Positions 14,797 through 23,606 of a stretch of DNA of 53,058 nucleotides are shown in pieces. The notes below the pieces were generated by a model, which was not told the DNA's origin, made no database searches, and saw nothing but the letters and a program-made list of their open reading frames with translations. The translations under genes and the position numbers were made by a program. Numbering within the stretch: the stretch's first letter is position 1; the number at the start of each line of letters is the position of its first letter. The stretch is from a virus (Duplodnaviria; Caudoviricetes). The DNA lies in the IMG/VR virus record IMGVR_UViG_3300044625_001301, positions 1 to 53,058 of that record; one strand, given 5' to 3'.

Positions 14797-17643
14797 GATA
14801 TGGGCCTTTTTCTGGTTGATGTTTGAATTAACAATTTCTCCCCGAACATTCGGGCCGTGATAACCCCACTCATGCAAGTCATTGTTAGTCCAGACATGCT
14901 TGGCGGGAACTGTTGACCGCACTATCGGCCAATCCTCATCAGGATTTTCACTCTGCACGGCGTGTTCGCGTGCATACGGCAGGCTAGTGGTTATCCAGTC
15001 TCCAGTGTTTATGTCGGTTTTACCCGAAGGAATTGCTCGATAAATCACAACAGGATGATCGGGATTTCCCCTAGCCTCATTTAACTGACGCTGAATGTTT
15101 TTGATGCCGTAATCCATCGAGTCATACCATTCAGGGTGCTCATAAATGTCGTCCCCCCACATCTGGTTTAAGTCATGAAACGGAGCACCGTGGTCTGGGC
15201 CACCAGGACGATGCTGTCCTTGATAATCTTCACTGGGCATGGCCAGCCGGGCGGCGGTGTGGGGTTCCTTCCAGGGGTGCGAAAGCTCCTCGGCGATGTG
15301 GGCACCATCAGCAACCCAGCCATCGCTGCCGGTGCCGTTCCAGGGCAGCACATTGCTGCTCGGCTCAACCCGGTAGATGTAGCCGCGCCCGTTGTCGCCC
15401 TTCTTGGGAGTCAAACCGGCCCATCCCACCGCCTCGGTCACGCTCGGTGACAACCACACATAGTTGCGGCGATGCTCGGTGCCGTCCTTCTCATACAGGT
15501 TGTTGCCCCACGGCGAATCGTGGCCGGGAGTGAGGTGGGTGCCGACCGGCAGCTTGGTGGGTGAGTAGTGATACCACGGCCCGTCGTGTGGCTCGGGGCG
15601 CTCGTCTGGGTTGTACTCGTCCTCGTCATAGAAGCCGTCGTACACGTCAAACTCGCTAGGCATGGCCAGCCGGGGGGCGATGCGAGGCCCTTTCTTCCAT
15701 TCGGCGTCAAACTCGGTTGTCGGCTCGTCGTAAGAGAACCTTTTGCTGTACTGGTCCAACGGCTCGATGTGAGGAACTTTCGCACGGGGGTCAAACTGGC
15801 TCATCGTCCAATCCACGACGTGATCCCGCCCCTGATGGTTGATGACCGGGGCGTAGTGATCAGCAGGGGCGTAGACACCGTCATCGACAAGTTCGTCAGT
15901 CTCCCAGTGCCCCGGATCACTCTCGCTGTGCTGCAAGTCTTCTCGCGCCGGATTGGGGAACGCTGAAACTGTGGGAAGAAAGAATTGGTGCAGCCTTGGG
16001 TTAAATGAAGGGTGCAGCCCTTCCATAAAAGAAAGAGAGTTGCTCAAACAATCCCCATACCCCCGTTCCGGCTCTTCTGAATATCCGTTCTGAGCAAAGT
16101 CGGAAATGGCTTTGTTCAGATTGGGCATGGCCAGCCGGGAGGCGGTGTGGGAGGCGGTGTGATGGAACGCTGCTGCGGGGATGGGGTCAGGGGAGTAGAA
16201 CGACCGACCTTCCATCTCGTCGTTCCACTCGTTCTCGGGGTCAGGCAGGGCGAGGGCGTCATGGTTGAAGGGCAGCACGACGTGCCCGTCATTTTCTTCG
16301 TCCCAGTTCATGGAGCCGTACTCCTGCTGATCCCGCTCGTCCAGTTCGTTGGCGTACTGGTCGGCATGGCCGGGATGATCCCAAAAATAATTACCTGGGG
16401 TGGCCCCGTCATGGTGCCACATCGCTTCGCCTTTGGTGTAGTCCAGGCCATGCTGTCGGATGGAGTCCACATTGCGGCGTGGCGTGACGTGGTAGTAAAT
16501 GGGCATGGCCAGCCGGGAGGAAGTGATGTAATCGCCCTGCGCCCAGGACGGCTGCCGGTCATAAGTGCTGGCGATGCTGGCAGGATTGTCTGCCAGGTGC
16601 TGCTGGATCGCCGGATGCAGTGGAGTGCCACCCCACCGCTCCAAGTTGCGGGTGCTCTCCCGCAGGAAACGCACCGGCAGGTGGGTCAACCCCGCCTCGC
16701 GGGCAGCGGCCAGTCGGTGGTTACCGTCGGCCACCAAACCCAGTTCGCCGTCGGTTTCCAGGGTGATCGGCATTTGCACGCCGTGCTCGCGGATGTGGCG
16801 CACCAGGTCGGGGTAATGGTCGGAGTCCGTGGCGGCCACCGGGTCGTACAGGTTGTGTGGTTCTAGGTGTTCGATGGGGAATTGCAGCGGGGCGGGCATG
16901 GCCAGCCGGGCAGCGGTGTGGGGGCCGCGCTCCACCTCGTAATCCTCCAAGGTGTCGATGTCGGGGTCCTGGCGGTTCCACACCGGCGGGTTCCAGCCCA
17001 CCGACCGGCCCCAGGCCCGGCCCAGCGGGGTCTGGTCGGTGGAGTGCCCCAGGTCGGGGTCGACGTTGTTGCGGTGCCAGTCCAGCATCGCGGTGCCGAT
17101 GCCCTGGCGGCGGTACTCGGGGGCCACCTTGATCATGTCGATCTTGCCCTGCGCCGGGCGCAGGTAGCCGATCAGGTGCTCGCCGTCGTAGGCGTGCGTC
17201 CAACCCCGGTGCTCGCGGAAGTGCAGGTTCTCCGGCAGGTCGCCGTTGGCCCCTCCCAGCCGGGCGGCGGTGCGGGGGCCGATCCGGTGCCGTTCGATGT
17301 GCTGATGCGCCGCTGCGACCTCATCGGGGTCAGGTTCGTCGTACCAGTCCAGTTCTTGACCTAGCTCCGGCTCCATGTCGCCATGCACGCCGTAGTAGGG
17401 CAGCGGGTGCGCCCCGGCGGAATCATAGGCGTGGGTGTCGTCGTGGGCAAAGAAGTGGGCCGCCGGGAGGTGCGCCGTGCTCAGCGTCCCGATTCCGAGA
17501 TGGGGAAATCTTTCCTTGAGTGCTTGGGCGTATTCCAGGCAGCTGCCGCCCTGCCAGCGATCCCACTCGTCGGTGTTGTGTCCGGCCTCCGAAAGATCAT
17601 TTAGGCTGCCCATCCGCCAGCCGTAGCCCCACAGGTCGCTCAT
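14560..17643 (-). CDS. Eight-module polyprotein: papain-like, GNAT, ParB-like, ART-like, papain/transglutaminase-like, Arr-like ART, ART-like, NrdH glutaredoxin
   Basis: Modules separated by (H/R)TAARLAMP-type linkers. Motifs: GSCLEYA..H..D; VAPEYRRQGIG; DGNHRLAAA; YHVT..IRQHGL; CLSNS..H..DWTMSQF; WYHYS..VWLS..IYRVEP; IYRA..GDWITTS..EWGY; CPQC. Confidence 0.85.
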   Translation of the reverse strand: MSDLWGYGWRMGSLNDLSEAGHNTDEWDRWQGGSCLEYAQALKERFPHLGIGTLSTAHLPAAHFFAHDDTHAYDSAGAHPLPYYGVHGDMEPELGQELDWYDEPDPDEVAAAHQHIERHRIGPRTAARLGGANGDLPENLHFREHRGWTHAYDGEHLIGYLRPAQGKIDMIKVAPEYRRQGIGTAMLDWHRNNVDPDLGHSTDQTPLGRAWGRSVGWNPPVWNRQDPDIDTLEDYEVERGPHTAARLAMPAPLQFPIEHLEPHNLYDPVAATDSDHYPDLVRHIREHGVQMPITLETDGELGLVADGNHRLAAAREAGLTHLPVRFLRESTRNLERWGGTPLHPAIQQHLADNPASIASTYDRQPSWAQGDYITSSRLAMPIYYHVTPRRNVDSIRQHGLDYTKGEAMWHHDGATPGNYFWDHPGHADQYANELDERDQQEYGSMNWDEENDGHVVLPFNHDALALPDPENEWNDEMEGRSFYSPDPIPAAAFHHTASHTASRLAMPNLNKAISDFAQNGYSEEPERGYGDCLSNSLSFMEGLHPSFNPRLHQFFLPTVSAFPNPAREDLQHSESDPGHWETDELVDDGVYAPADHYAPVINHQGRDHVVDWTMSQFDPRAKVPHIEPLDQYSKRFSYDEPTTEFDAEWKKGPRIAPRLAMPSEFDVYDGFYDEDEYNPDERPEPHDGPWYHYSPTKLPVGTHLTPGHDSPWGNNLYEKDGTEHRRNYVWLSPSVTEAVGWAGLTPKKGDNGRGYIYRVEPSSNVLPWNGTGSDGWVADGAHIAEELSHPWKEPHTAARLAMPSEDYQGQHRPGGPDHGAPFHDLNQMWGDDIYEHPEWYDSMDYGIKNIQRQLNEARGNPDHPVVIYRAIPSGKTDINTGDWITTSLPYAREHAVQSENPDEDWPIVRSTVPAKHVWTNNDLHEWGYHGPNVRGEIVNSNINQKKAHIMTAAVTVYTKPNCPQCTMTKKQLDRLGIEHRVIDVTVDPDAHAYVTGLGYQQAPVVVVGDGEQHWGGFSPDKLKGLLS
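15236..16909 (-). repeat. Five identical 15-nt linker repeats CCGGCTGGCCATGCC (encoding RLAMP)
   Basis: Plus-strand GGCATGGCCAGCCGG at 15236, 15659, 16124, 16502, 16895; degenerate copies near 17257 and 13443. Confidence 0.95.
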
Positions 17644-17858
17644 GACCGCCCCCCGAACCCGAACCCCCGTTTCCGATCCTCCCACTCCCCGTAGTGATCG
17701 GCGGGATCGAGCGGGGCGGTGTCGCGCTCAAAGTCGTGGGAGTAGCCGCCGCCGATGACGGGGGCCTCCTCCTCCTCGGTGTCGTCCTCGGCGCAGTCGC
17801 ACTCACCCAGGTGCAGACTCCACACCTCGGTGCCCAGGATCACCAGCCGGATTCTCAC
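17640..17858 (-). CDS. Hypothetical protein (72 aa, acidic)
   Basis: GTG start overlapping upstream TGA; ends RGFGFGGRS. Confidence 0.6.
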   Translation of the reverse strand: MRIRLVILGTEVWSLHLGECDCAEDDTEEEEAPVIGGGYSHDFERDTAPLDPADHYGEWEDRKRGFGFGGRS

Positions 17859-18286
17859 AGCCCGTCGTCCCGCAGTTCGTCGGCGACCTCGATGAGCATC
17901 CGCACGCTGGCGATCTCGATGCACAGCCCCAGGCCGCCGCCCAGCGCCACCAGCGCCAGACTCGACGACGAGGCGTTGGCGTAGGTGTACCAGGCCAGCG
18001 CGAGGATGATCATCGGCAGACCGAGCAGGTGGAACCGGTAGGAGCACCGTTTCGGGCATTTCGGGAAGAACCAGCGGGTGCCGGTCATCGCCCCGATCAG
18101 GCTGATCCCGGCACCGACCGCCAGGATGACCTCCAGGATCAACTCCAGCCCGTTGTTGACGCCGCCCAGGATCGGCCCGGCCTGCATCAGGAACAGCGCG
18201 GTCAGCAGCAGACCGACCCAGATTTCCGGGGCGTAGCCGTGGTGGTCGATGCGGTGTCCCTGCTCGGGGCGGGTCAGTGCGCTCAT
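17855..18286 (-). CDS. Membrane protein (about 4 TM)
   Basis: MSALTRPE... with four hydrophobic segments. Confidence 0.7.
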   Translation of the reverse strand: MSALTRPEQGHRIDHHGYAPEIWVGLLLTALFLMQAGPILGGVNNGLELILEVILAVGAGISLIGAMTGTRWFFPKCPKRCSYRFHLLGLPMIILALAWYTYANASSSSLALVALGGGLGLCIEIASVRMLIEVADELRDDGL

Positions 18287-18287
18287 C

Positions 18288-18512
18288 TCAGTCGTCCTCG
18301 TCCTCGGCGTCCTTCTCGGCGGCGTCCTTCTTGGCGCTGCTGTTGCGCTTGGCTTCGGTGGCGAACCAGACGCCAAAAGCGGCGACCAGAACCTGATCGA
18401 GGATCGGCGGAGGGCTGGAGTCGAAGATCTGGAACCCCGTCCACAGCCCGGTCAGGGCGAGGATGCCGATGGTGGTGGAGCGGACGTTCGCCAGCGGATT
18501 GCGTGGTGCCAC
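18288..18512 (-). CDS. Small membrane protein (2 TM, acidic tail)
   Basis: Two hydrophobic helices; RBS GAAAGGG. Confidence 0.7.
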   Translation of the reverse strand: MAPRNPLANVRSTTIGILALTGLWTGFQIFDSSPPPILDQVLVAAFGVWFATEAKRNSSAKKDAAEKDAEDEDD

Positions 18513-18572
18513 CGGACTGCCCTTTCCTCATCTCCTCCACAACCTTTCCGCGTCACGCGGACATTTTCCCCG

Positions 18573-20234
18573 TCAGCTGTCAAAGAGCAGATGGTCGTCG
18601 AAATCCCGAATCGAGGCGACCCTCGGTCCGGGATTGAACGTCGGGGTGGACTCCTGCCCGGTCATCGCCGAGCCGTTCCAGACCGCCTTCATCACCGCGC
18701 CGGGGAGGTTGGTAGCCACCGTCCCGGTCTGCATCTCCGGTCCGATGTCGGAGATCCCGGCACCGCCCTCGCCGACCGAGGTCTGCGGTGCGGAAGTCCG
18801 GCGGTGCTTGCCGGGTCCGTTCTGGGGGAATCCCGGACCGCCGCCTTCCATCAGCTGGTCTTCCCACATCCCGTGGTCGTTCTCGTGCAGCCGATGGCGT
18901 CCCGAGTAGCTGCCGTCCAGCGAAAGGTCGGCGAAATCAGGGGTCGGCTGCATGTCCCGGTAGGGGTCGTCGGCCATCGTGTTGCGCCACGGCTCGTCGG
19001 GGTCGACGTCGTGGGCACCGGCCAGCCGGGAGTAGCGGGCAGGGTCGTCGTCGTCGAATTCGGTGTAGCGCAGGTCGCGCTCCAGACCCCGGCGGTCGGT
19101 CGGCTCGGTGTGGTAGTCGTGCTGGCGGAGGTGGTCCTCGTACTCGGCGATGTCCTCGGTCCCGAAGCCGGGCCGGTCATAGCCCGGCCCGAGCGGGTAC
19201 CCGGACACCCGGTGGGAGCCGAGGTGGTTGGGGTTGGCGTAGGGGTTGGGTCCGGGACCGGTGCGGCCCTGCATCCAGGCGAACTCGGCTCCATCGCTGT
19301 GGATGGGGTGCTGTCCGCAGGTCGGGCAGACATCCAGGTCCGGGTCCTGCTCGAAGTCGATGCCCTGCCCGCAGTTCAGGCACTCATCGTCGGGGGCCTC
19401 CATGCCGCCCCAAGAGACTGCGGTCCGGCGAGCCGAACGGTCGCGCCCACCCTTGGTCCGGTCGGCCTTGGGCGGCAGGTATTCGGTGTACTGCTGTCCG
19501 GGACCCTCGGGGGTGCCCTCCAGCCCGCCCATCGGCGAGACCTTCAGGTGCTGCTGGGTGACCGGGTCATAGCCGTACAGGTGGCCGGTCTCATCGGCGT
19601 GGTAGGGGTGTTCTTCGTTGACCAGTCCCCGCATGTCGAACCGTCGGGGGCCTTCCTGGTCGGCGGACATCCCGTCCCAGTCGTCGGGGTAGTAGGGCTT
19701 TGACTGACCGCCGCTGTACTCCTGCCCCGGCTCCAGGGGGGTGCCCTCCAGTCCGCCCATCGGCGAGACCTTCAGGTACTGCTTGGTGTTGGGGTCGTGC
19801 TTGTAGCGGTACCCGCCGACGTTGATCTCGTCGCCTCCGGGCGGGAACATGTTGAACCGGCGGGGGCCTTCCTGGTCCTCGGACAGACCGTCCGCGCCGT
19901 CGTCGTAGTAGCCAGCCTCAACGTCGAAGTCGGCCACCCGGCGGCTGCCCTTGAACGCGCGGGCACCGTCGTCGAGGAAGTCGATGAGCAGCCGGTGCTT
20001 GGCCGACATCAGCTCGCGTCGGGCGGTCTCGGCCTCGTCGGTCAGCGCCAGGTGCGCGGCGGTGAACCCGGATCGGGCCTGGGTGAGCACCTTGTCGGTG
20101 GCGGCGATCCGGGCCTCGATGGACTCCGGGGTGCCGTCGAACCAGCGGCCACGGTCCTGACGCCAGGGTGCGGCGACCCTCTCCAGGGCGCGCATCGCTG
20201 CGGCCAGTCTCAGGTTCTCCGATGAACGGAACAT
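18573..20234 (-). CDS. Probable virion-associated protein with internal duplication and CxxC Zn ribbon
   Basis: 553 aa; DQEGPRRF...LKVSPMGGLEGTP twice; CLNC/CPTC; [RK]xA linkers; RBS GAGGAG. Confidence 0.8.
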   Translation of the reverse strand: MFRSSENLRLAAAMRALERVAAPWRQDRGRWFDGTPESIEARIAATDKVLTQARSGFTAAHLALTDEAETARRELMSAKHRLLIDFLDDGARAFKGSRRVADFDVEAGYYDDGADGLSEDQEGPRRFNMFPPGGDEINVGGYRYKHDPNTKQYLKVSPMGGLEGTPLEPGQEYSGGQSKPYYPDDWDGMSADQEGPRRFDMRGLVNEEHPYHADETGHLYGYDPVTQQHLKVSPMGGLEGTPEGPGQQYTEYLPPKADRTKGGRDRSARRTAVSWGGMEAPDDECLNCGQGIDFEQDPDLDVCPTCGQHPIHSDGAEFAWMQGRTGPGPNPYANPNHLGSHRVSGYPLGPGYDRPGFGTEDIAEYEDHLRQHDYHTEPTDRRGLERDLRYTEFDDDDPARYSRLAGAHDVDPDEPWRNTMADDPYRDMQPTPDFADLSLDGSYSGRHRLHENDHGMWEDQLMEGGGPGFPQNGPGKHRRTSAPQTSVGEGGAGISDIGPEMQTGTVATNLPGAVMKAVWNGSAMTGQESTPTFNPGPRVASIRDFDDHLLFDS

Positions 20235-20254
20235 GGGCGGTTCTCCTCGCTTGT

Positions 20255-20290
20255 CTACCTCTTCGAGGACCTGGCCTGCCGGTTCACACT
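20255..20290 (-). promoter_or_regulatory. Partial late-promoter motif (CTCGAAGnnnTAG)
   Basis: Downstream half matches 2744 and 10725; upstream hexamer diverged. Confidence 0.45.
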
Positions 20291-20571
20291 GCGGGGTCGG
20301 AGACCTTCTTGTCGGACTCCGAGTGGCGGTGGTAACGCAGCTCCCGGTCTCCGGGGACCCCGACTCGGGCCAGCTCGTCGACGAACTTGTAGGCCAGCAC
20401 CGCCAGCTTGTCGGCCAGGACCATCCGCTGCTTGCCGCTGGCGGTGGCGATGGTCTCGTTGTCGATGGCCCTCCAGATGTAGAACATCTCGGGGGTGTCT
20501 CCGCGCAGGTCGATGTTGGTCCGGTAGCCGTCCTGCTCGCCGCCGAACAGCTGGATGTGCACCTCAGCCAT
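20284..20571 (-). CDS. Hypothetical protein (95 aa)
   Basis: RBS GGGAGG; LFGGEQDG N-terminal motif. Confidence 0.75.
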   Translation of the reverse strand: MAEVHIQLFGGEQDGYRTNIDLRGDTPEMFYIWRAIDNETIATASGKQRMVLADKLAVLAYKFVDELARVGVPGDRELRYHRHSESDKKVSDPAV

Positions 20572-20625
20572 TGCGCCTCCCTCGGTTCTTGTCTGTTCAG
20601 AACCGAGGGAGGCGCGTCGGCAGGG

Positions 20626-20964
20626 TCAGGTCAGTTCGCCACGGTGGTCGAACTGCGGGCACAAATTTTCCACCGCGACAATGACAAAGATGGCGGCGTC
20701 CTCCCGGCTGACGTCCAGTCCGGTGTTGGCGTAGATCACGCTGGCGACCTGGGCACCGTTGGCACCGGAGTCCAGCGCCCGGCAGACCGCGTAGCCCTGG
20801 TTGAGCAGGCCCACGTCGCCGTAGGCCCGGTTGTACCAGCCCAGGTCGTGGATGACGTCCAGGAAGCTGCTGGAGTCGGCGTCGGCGCGGGGTCCGGTCA
20901 ATACCGCCAGGGTGGTGCCGATCGTGGCGCAGAAAGCCCACCAGGCCACTTTGCGGCGGCTCAC
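20626..20964 (-). CDS. DUF732-like secreted protein
   Basis: Signal peptide ending ARADAD; FL..I...GYAVCRAL..G...AVENLCP pattern typical of mycobacterial DUF732. Confidence 0.75.
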   Translation of the reverse strand: MSRRKVAWWAFCATIGTTLAVLTGPRADADSSSFLDVIHDLGWYNRAYGDVGLLNQGYAVCRALDSGANGAQVASVIYANTGLDVSREDAAIFVIVAVENLCPQFDHRGELT

Positions 20965-21161
20965 GACAGCACCCGCACGATCAGCTCGGCGGAGAGCCGG
21001 TCGGTGTGCTCGCCGGGGCCGAGATCCAGGAAACGGCGGCGGATCACGGTGTACACCGCCTGGGCGGTGGCGACGGTGTCGCCGGGGAACGGGGTCTCGG
21101 CCAGGTAGGCCCGGCCCCGGCTGGCTTTGGAGTCGGCGTCGATCAGCTCGGCGATGATCAC
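20961..21161 (-). CDS. Hypothetical protein
   Basis: GTG start with AGGAG RBS; coupled overlaps. Confidence 0.6.
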   Translation of the reverse strand: MIIAELIDADSKASRGRAYLAETPFPGDTVATAQAVYTVIRRRFLDLGPGEHTDRLSAELIVRVLS

Positions 21162-21313
21162 AGCTGGTTCTCCTTGAGTCGGGCGATGTCCTTCTTGACG
21201 TCGGTGATGGCGTAGATCAGCTGGTTGAAGGTGAACGAGTAGTTGCGCTGCAGCTGCTGCAGCCAGGCCGGGCACATTCCCGGAAGGGTGTACTCCAGGT
21301 TGTCGCGGATCAC
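21158..21313 (-). CDS. Hypothetical protein
   Basis: GTG start after CCA-rich leader and GAAAGG RBS. Confidence 0.55.
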   Translation of the reverse strand: MIRDNLEYTLPGMCPAWLQQLQRNYSFTFNQLIYAITDVKKDIARLKENQL

Positions 21314-21361
21314 GGCGGCGGTCCTTTCAGGGTGGGTGGGTGGGTTGGGTGGTGAGTTGAG

Positions 21362-21436
21362 GCAGGCCCCTCCGGGGTGGGTTCCCGGAGGGGCCTGCGG
21401 TGCGTCCCCCGCCACCACCACAGAGTCGGGGGACGC
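21362..21436. terminator. Two tandem GC-rich hairpins
   Basis: GCAGGCCCCTCCGGG...CCCGGAGGGGCCTGC and GCGTCCCC...GGGGACGC directly downstream of the DUF932-like gene. Confidence 0.6.
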
Positions 21437-21451
21437 GGGGGAGGTCCGCTC

Positions 21452-22669
21452 CTAGGCGGTCACCTCCTCGCGGGCCACCCGCGCCGCCACCTTGAGGGCG
21501 TCGAAGGCGGTGGACTCGATGTCGAAGGCCCGCTCGGGGTCCTCGATCTGCTGGACGGCGGCGGTGATGGCCTGCAGGACCCCACCGGCGGTGCGCTGAC
21601 CGCCGTCGATGAAGAAGTTGAGGATCGAGTCGGCCTCGGCCTCGGTGTAGCCCTGCTCCTTGGCGACCACCTCGATGGTCTTCTTGACCTCCTTGACGGG
21701 GGTGTCGGCGTCGGCCTCCAGGGAGTCGATGACCTTCTGGACGTAGGTGGCGTTCAGGAAGGACTTGACCGCGTCAGCGGCCTGGGTGCGGGCCAGCTCG
21801 TTGGCCGCGCGGCGGGTCTCGGCGGACCACTCCACCTCGCCCTCGGCCAGCTTCGCGCCCAGGTGGACCTGACGCATCGCGTCCTTGGTGACCTGCAGCC
21901 CGTTGGAGCAGGCGCGCACCACCAGGCGCGGGGTGATCTTGGCGGCGGAGCCGCCGGTCTCGGAGTTCTGGATCAGCAGGCCCGCCGAGATGATCGGCAG
22001 GTTCTCGGCGTCGCTGCCGCCGTGCCCGGTGCCCGACCCGTTGCCGTAGGGGCTGCGGTAGCCCTCCAGCAGCTTCCAGCCGTAGCCCTGGATCTCGGGG
22101 GCGTTGATGGTGACGTACATCCGGTCCTCGGTGAGGTCGCCCTTGATGTCGAGCTGGTCGGCGCGCAGACCCGCCGAGCGGATGCCGTCGAGCGCGGCGA
22201 GCAGGAACGGCAGGTTGTCGCGGGCACCGTAGCGGTCCGAGAGCAGCGCCCGGACCTGACCGGCCAGCTCGGGGTTGTTGGAGTCCAGCCCGACCAGAAG
22301 CCGCACCAGGATGTTCTTGTCGTCGAGGCTGTCGTGGGTCAGCCAGCCGTTGACGTTGGCGTCGAACAGGGCCGGGTGCAGGGACTGGGTCCGGCGCAGG
22401 TAGCGGGTGGGGATGTCGGTGATCCCGGCGATGTGGCCGACGGCGGTGGAGGTGAAGGCGAAGCTGCCGTTGACGTCGGTGACCCCGGAGTCGCCGATGA
22501 TGGGGTCGACGTCGGCCAGGACCAGGCGGGTGTCGGCGACCGCCAGGCGGGAGGCCGGGAGGACCAGGTCGACGGTCTGGCGGTCGATGCCCTGCAGGAT
22601 GTTGACCAGCTGGGGCAGGTCCCCGCCGCGCAGGTGCTGGCCGGGGAGGGTGTTGGTGGTGACGGTCAT
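21452..22669 (-). CDS. DUF932/DUF945-like protein
   Basis: RALLSDRY, IQNSETG, RLVVRACSNG motifs; RBS AGGAG; own SigA promoter. Confidence 0.7.
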   Translation of the reverse strand: MTVTTNTLPGQHLRGGDLPQLVNILQGIDRQTVDLVLPASRLAVADTRLVLADVDPIIGDSGVTDVNGSFAFTSTAVGHIAGITDIPTRYLRRTQSLHPALFDANVNGWLTHDSLDDKNILVRLLVGLDSNNPELAGQVRALLSDRYGARDNLPFLLAALDGIRSAGLRADQLDIKGDLTEDRMYVTINAPEIQGYGWKLLEGYRSPYGNGSGTGHGGSDAENLPIISAGLLIQNSETGGSAAKITPRLVVRACSNGLQVTKDAMRQVHLGAKLAEGEVEWSAETRRAANELARTQAADAVKSFLNATYVQKVIDSLEADADTPVKEVKKTIEVVAKEQGYTEAEADSILNFFIDGGQRTAGGVLQAITAAVQQIEDPERAFDIESTAFDALKVAARVAREEVTA

Positions 22670-22719
22670 GAGGAACTCTCCTGTGGTGATGGTGGCCGGA
22701 CACTTTCCGGCACGACTCA

Positions 22720-22762
22720 AGAATGCGCTCTGCAGGATGACTTGTCAACACCTACAGCTTGA
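22720..22762 (-). promoter_or_regulatory. SigA-like promoter TTGACA-N17-CATTCT with two 11-bp boxes
   Basis: -35 at 22743-22748, -10 at 22720-22725; boxes at 22730-22740 and 22752-22762. Confidence 0.75.
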
Positions 22763-22780
22763 TTTAGTTGTTTGCCCTGC

Positions 22781-22921
22781 TCACTGCCCTGATTTTGCTC
22801 GCCAGTTGTCGCGTTCGGCGGTGACCTGGGCGATCTGTCGACGCAGATGGGTGAGTTCGGCCAGCGCCGCGTCGAGCTGGGCCAGGGTGCTCAGCCAGCT
22901 CTGCCACCCCTCATCGGTCAT
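22781..22921 (-). CDS. Small coiled-coil hypothetical protein
   Basis: ATGA-coupled; MTDEGWQSW... Confidence 0.55.
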   Translation of the reverse strand: MTDEGWQSWLSTLAQLDAALAELTHLRRQIAQVTAERDNWRAKSGQ

Positions 22922-23373
22922 GGGTTGGCGTCCTGCAGCATCTGGCGTGCCCGCGCCGCGACCCGCCCCGGCTCGGCCTCGATCCGGGCGTGGTCCAGCT
23001 CGAAGAGCCGGTGCGGGCCGATCCGGTACAGCGTCAGCTCCACCGCCTGCTGACCGCCGACCAGCACCCGCTTGGCCATCCACACCGTCCCCGGCGGGGC
23101 CATCGGCAGCCGAAAGTCGTTGGCGGAAGCCACAACTGGCAGATTCCGCCCCCAGGCCGCGACCCAGATGTCGTGGTTCCACCGGTCGGTCGGGCCGGTC
23201 AGGTCGGGGGCCTGCTGCTCGGCCAGCCGGACATCGGCCCAGGCCACGCTGGGAGGACAGAACTTGTGGTCGGGGGTGTCGTCGTCGCACCCGCAGTCGG
23301 GCAGCCCCGCATCCAGGTGCCACTGGGTGATCAGGTTGCGCCAGGCCATCGCGGCGTTCTCGTCGGCGGTCAC
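22918..23373 (-). CDS. Hypothetical protein
   Basis: GTGA-coupled start with GGAGG RBS. Confidence 0.65.
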   Translation of the reverse strand: MTADENAAMAWRNLITQWHLDAGLPDCGCDDDTPDHKFCPPSVAWADVRLAEQQAPDLTGPTDRWNHDIWVAAWGRNLPVVASANDFRLPMAPPGTVWMAKRVLVGGQQAVELTLYRIGPHRLFELDHARIEAEPGRVAARARQMLQDANP

Positions 23374-23606
23374 CGGTCGTCCTCCCGGTCGGCGAGCCGG
23401 GAGACGGCGGTGGCGAGCAGCGCCGCGTAGCTGGCCGGTGAGCTGGCGGCGAGGATGTGGGTCAGCACGGCGACCTCGTCGGACTTGCCGCCGGTGGCGT
23501 ATCCGGTTCGGGCCTGGCCCCACCAGCCGATCAGCTCGTCGAGGGTGTCCTCGGCCTCGGCGTGGGCCTGGTCGGCGGCGGCGACGACGGCGGGGTGATC
23601 ACTCAT
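23370..23606 (-). CDS. Hypothetical protein
   Basis: Coupled ORF in a dense operon. Confidence 0.6.
   Translation of the reverse strand: MSDHPAVVAAADQAHAEAEDTLDELIGWWGQARTGYATGGKSDEVAVLTHILAASSPASYAALLATAVSRLADREDDR

Noticed and set aside
16517-16899. ParB modules as a parABS partition system
   Set aside because: Only the N-terminal ParB/Srx-like domain is present; no ParA, HTH or parS repeats.
15236-16909. 15-nt repeats as integron attC sites or intein boundaries
   Set aside because: No attC-like palindrome, no integrase in the window, and no Cys/Ser...His-Asn intein termini.
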